NCBI GenBank assembly: GCA_009787785.1
Contig: WQSR01000009.1
Location: 3,638 to 67,637, forward strand
Direction: 5' to 3'
Source: Defluviitaleaceae bacterium
Lineage (GTDB): Bacteria; Bacillota; Clostridia; Lachnospirales; WQUN01
DNA: 64,000 nt
Shown: in pieces, positions 61,900 to 64,000 of the stretch
How positions within the stretch are numbered: position 1 is the first letter of the stretch
How the letters are laid out: every line of letters begins with the position of its first letter
The notes under the pieces: model-generated
The model's database searches: none
The model's input: the letters and a program-made list of their open reading frames with translations, nothing else
Told to the model about the DNA's origin: nothing
Made by a program: the position numbers and the translations under genes

Positions 61900-62198
61900 A
61901 CGATAGCTATTCCCATCACTTCGCGCTGACTGTTAAACTCCACCTTCATTTCAACGCCGTTGTATATGATGCGTACCGGGTAGAAGGAGTCATAATCCGT
62001 TAGCATCCGCTTCAGCACATCTTCGGAATACTCGCGCATTACACTGTCGATTTCCCGGATGGTCATCATAAAATTGGGGGTAAGGGTGACGCGTCCATCG
62101 GTATCCGATATTTCCAGCGTGATGCGTACCTGCCGGAACTCATCGCTTTCATCTGCGTTGTACACATAATCCATGTCCCAAATAGGTTTATATGCCAT
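61896..62198 (-). CDS. Hypothetical small protein (100 aa)
   Basis: The ATG at 62196-62198 lies 7 nt after GAAGGAGGAGG. ATGA-coupled to hprK. No family recognised. Confidence 0.6.
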   Translation of the reverse strand: MAYKPIWDMDYVYNADESDEFRQVRITLEISDTDGRVTLTPNFMMTIREIDSVMREYSEDVLKRMLTDYDSFYPVRIIYNGVEMKVEFNSQREVMGIAIV

Positions 62199-62273
62199 GG
62201 CGCAACCTCCTCCTTCAAGTGAAGTAAAATTTGCAGGCTCCTCTTGCAAATTTTACTCTGGTTTTATTATACA

Positions 62274-64000
62274 CTAATTTGTTTGTGTGTGAAAGAAGCG
62301 ATGTACCGCTTCCGCGCTTGCCTTGTTCATGGAATCCACTTGCGATAAATCCTTTATTTCCGCCGTGCGGATGGCCTCGATATTTTTAAAATGGGCCAGC
62401 AACGCCTTGCGCCGGGTGGGGCCCACACCGGGGATATCGTCCAGCACGGAGCGCACCTGGGTATCGGTGCGCAATTTTCTGTGATACTCCAGGGCGAAGC
62501 GATGCACCTCGTCCTGTATGCGCGTCACCAGCTTGAAGCCCTCCGAGGTGCGGGGTAGGGGAGCCTCCTTGCCTTCGAAGAGTAATCCCCGGGTGCGGTG
62601 GCGTTCGTCCTTCACCATGCCGCATACGGGAATATCCATCCCAAGGGTGGCGAGGGCTTTTTTCGCCGCCGAAATCTGCCCCTTGCCGCCGTCCACGAAA
62701 ATAATGTCCGGTAGCTTTGAAAAAGCCGTATGGTTCTGGCGGTAGCGGGTCAGGCGGCGGGTGAGGACTTCTTCGATGCCGGCATAATCGTCGGGGCCTA
62801 CCACGCCCTTTAATTTAAATTTCCGGTAATCGCTCCGCTTTGCCTTGCCGTCCTCGAAAACAATCATGGAGCCCACGGATTCGAAGCCCTGGGTATTGGA
62901 TATGTCCAGTGCCTCGATGCGGGTCAGCCGCGCCTCGAAGCCCAGGGCGTCGGTGATTTCGTGCAAAGCGCGGCGGTTGCGCTCCAGCTCGTTGCGTACA
63001 TGGGCACCGAACTGAGCCAGCGTGAGCTGGGCGTTGGTTTGCGCCAGCTTTACCATGTCGCGCTTCTCGCCCTTTTGCGGGACATGGATTTGCACCTGCC
63101 GCTCGGCAAGATGAGACAGCCAAGCGGCGATGGCGTCCTTCTCCGCCGGGGCCGAGATAAGGGACAATTCCTTGGGGATGTAGGCGGCCTCGCTGTAGAA
63201 TTGCTTGAGGAAGGCGGCCAAAATCTCGCCATCGGCGGCGTGGGCGTCCGGCTCCATCATAAAATGCTCACTACCCGCCATTTTTCCATCCCGGACAAAG
63301 AAAATTTCCACCAAGGCGTCGGCGTTGTCCCTGGCCAGGGCGATTACGTCCCGGTCGTCGCCCCCGGTGTCTATTTTTTGCTTCTCGGACAATTCCCCCA
63401 GCATGGCAAGGGTATCGCGGATTTCGGCGGCCCGCTCAAATTGCATTTCCTCGGCGGCGGCGGCCATTTCCTGCTTCAGGCGGGATACCACCGGGGTGGT
63501 TTTGCCCTGGATGAACCGCTCCGCTTCGGTAATATATTGGCGGTAGGTTTCCTCATCGAACAATTTATTGCAGGGTGCGCGGCATTGGCCAATATGATGG
63601 TTCAGGCAGGGGCGTCCCTTATTAAAATCCCGGGGGAAAATCTTCGTGCACCGCCGGATGGGCCAGAGCTTGTGGAGCATATTCAAGATTTCGCGCACCC
63701 GCTCACCGGAGCGGAAGGGGCCGAAATACTTTGCCCTATCCTTCCCTCGTTGCCGCGCAAACAAGATGCGGGGCAGACGTTCGTGTATGGTGATGCGGAT
63801 ATACGGGTATGCCTTATCGTCCTTCAGGCGGATATTGTATTTGGGGCAGTGGCGTTTTATCAGCGCGTTTTCCAGTATGAAGGCTTCCATTTCGCTGTCG
63901 GTGACGGTGTAGGAAAAATGGGTAATGTATTTCGCCATATGCCGCGCCTTATAGTTGGCCGACGCGCCCGTCTGAAAATAACTGCGCACCCGGTTGTGCA
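62274..64000 (-). CDS. uvrC: Excinuclease ABC subunit C (5' end beyond the window)
   Basis: The rest of the GIY-YIG domain (ENALIKRHCPKYNI), the UVR domain, the RNase-H-like endonuclease domain and the C-terminal (HhH)2 (IPGVGPTRRKALL). The frame stays open to the window edge. Confidence 0.94.
   Translation of the reverse strand, partial: HNRVRSYFQTGASANYKARHMAKYITHFSYTVTDSEMEAFILENALIKRHCPKYNIRLKDDKAYPYIRITIHERLPRILFARQRGKDRAKYFGPFRSGERVREILNMLHKLWPIRRCTKIFPRDFNKGRPCLNHHIGQCRAPCNKLFDEETYRQYITEAERFIQGKTTPVVSRLKQEMAAAAEEMQFERAAEIRDTLAMLGELSEKQKIDTGGDDRDVIALARDNADALVEIFFVRDGKMAGSEHFMMEPDAHAADGEILAAFLKQFYSEAAYIPKELSLISAPAEKDAIAAWLSHLAERQVQIHVPQKGEKRDMVKLAQTNAQLTLAQFGAHVRNELERNRRALHEITDALGFEARLTRIEALDISNTQGFESVGSMIVFEDGKAKRSDYRKFKLKGVVGPDDYAGIEEVLTRRLTRYRQNHTAFSKLPDIIFVDGGKGQISAAKKALATLGMDIPVCGMVKDERHRTRGLLFEGKEAPLPRTSEGFKLVTRIQDEVHRFALEYHRKLRTDTQVRSVLDDIPGVGPTRRKALLAHFKNIEAIRTAEIKDLSQVDSMNKASAEAVHRFFHTQTN

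Noticed and set aside
1-64000. CRISPR arrays, transposases, prophage genes, rRNA
   Set aside because: Scanning intergenic regions showed no regularly spaced direct repeats. No ORF has transposase, integrase or phage hallmarks. There is no rRNA-like sequence.

Overview
The window looks like a chromosomal segment of a moderately GC-rich, endospore-forming Firmicute (Clostridia-like). This rests on spoIIAA-spoIIAB-sigF, rapZ-whiA-crh, hprK, strong GGAGG ribosome-binding sites, and many 1-4 nt start/stop overlaps.

Gene content from start to end:
- **1-10.6 kb, minus strand:** a visibly AT-richer operon of 13 genes behind one cobalamin riboswitch. It encodes corrinoid salvage and nucleotide-loop assembly: cobT, cobU, cobS, a short cobU paralog, cobC, btuF, btuC, a CobQ lacking its GATase domain, a Dph6-like PP-loop gene with an in-frame TAG, cbiB, cobD, a Cys-rich small protein and a LysR regulator.
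- **11-13.5 kb:** rpmG-secE-nusG-rplK-rplA-rpmB.
- **13.6-18.9 kb:** DUF362, a DUF4143 ATPase, a DtxR-family repressor and sugar-type oxidoreductase/isomerase genes.
- **18.9-28.8 kb:** two hybrid histidine kinases, a REC-HD-GYP regulator, tRNA-Leu and mutS.
- **28.9-32.5 kb:** an AKR-FeS gene, two ABC ATPases without a permease, and a TIM-barrel gene.
- **32.5-32.7 kb:** a rod-like, 6S-like candidate ncRNA, followed by the sigF operon, a bactofilin gene and prmC.
- **35.7-49.5 kb:** a 14-kb, translationally coupled operon. It contains E2, E3, a fused E1 alpha-beta, an SDR, a PHP protein, an MDR dehydrogenase, an LplA-LipA fusion and a DUF368-GH3 fusion.
- **49.5-51.2 kb:** a low-GC islet (HIT, GNAT, hicAB) beside tRNA-Trp.
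- **51.3-64 kb:** a URO-D-family gene, glgB, a second DUF1902-hicA pair, murG, and uvrC-hprK-murB-rapZ-whiA-crh.

I recognised no CRISPR array, transposase or integrase.

The most interesting candidates are:
- the lipoyl-dependent operon with the LplA-LipA and DUF368-GH3 fusions;
- the GATase-less CobQ plus PP-loop pair;
- the permease-less ABC pair;
- the 6S-like RNA.

All family assignments come from motif recognition by eye. No database search was run.
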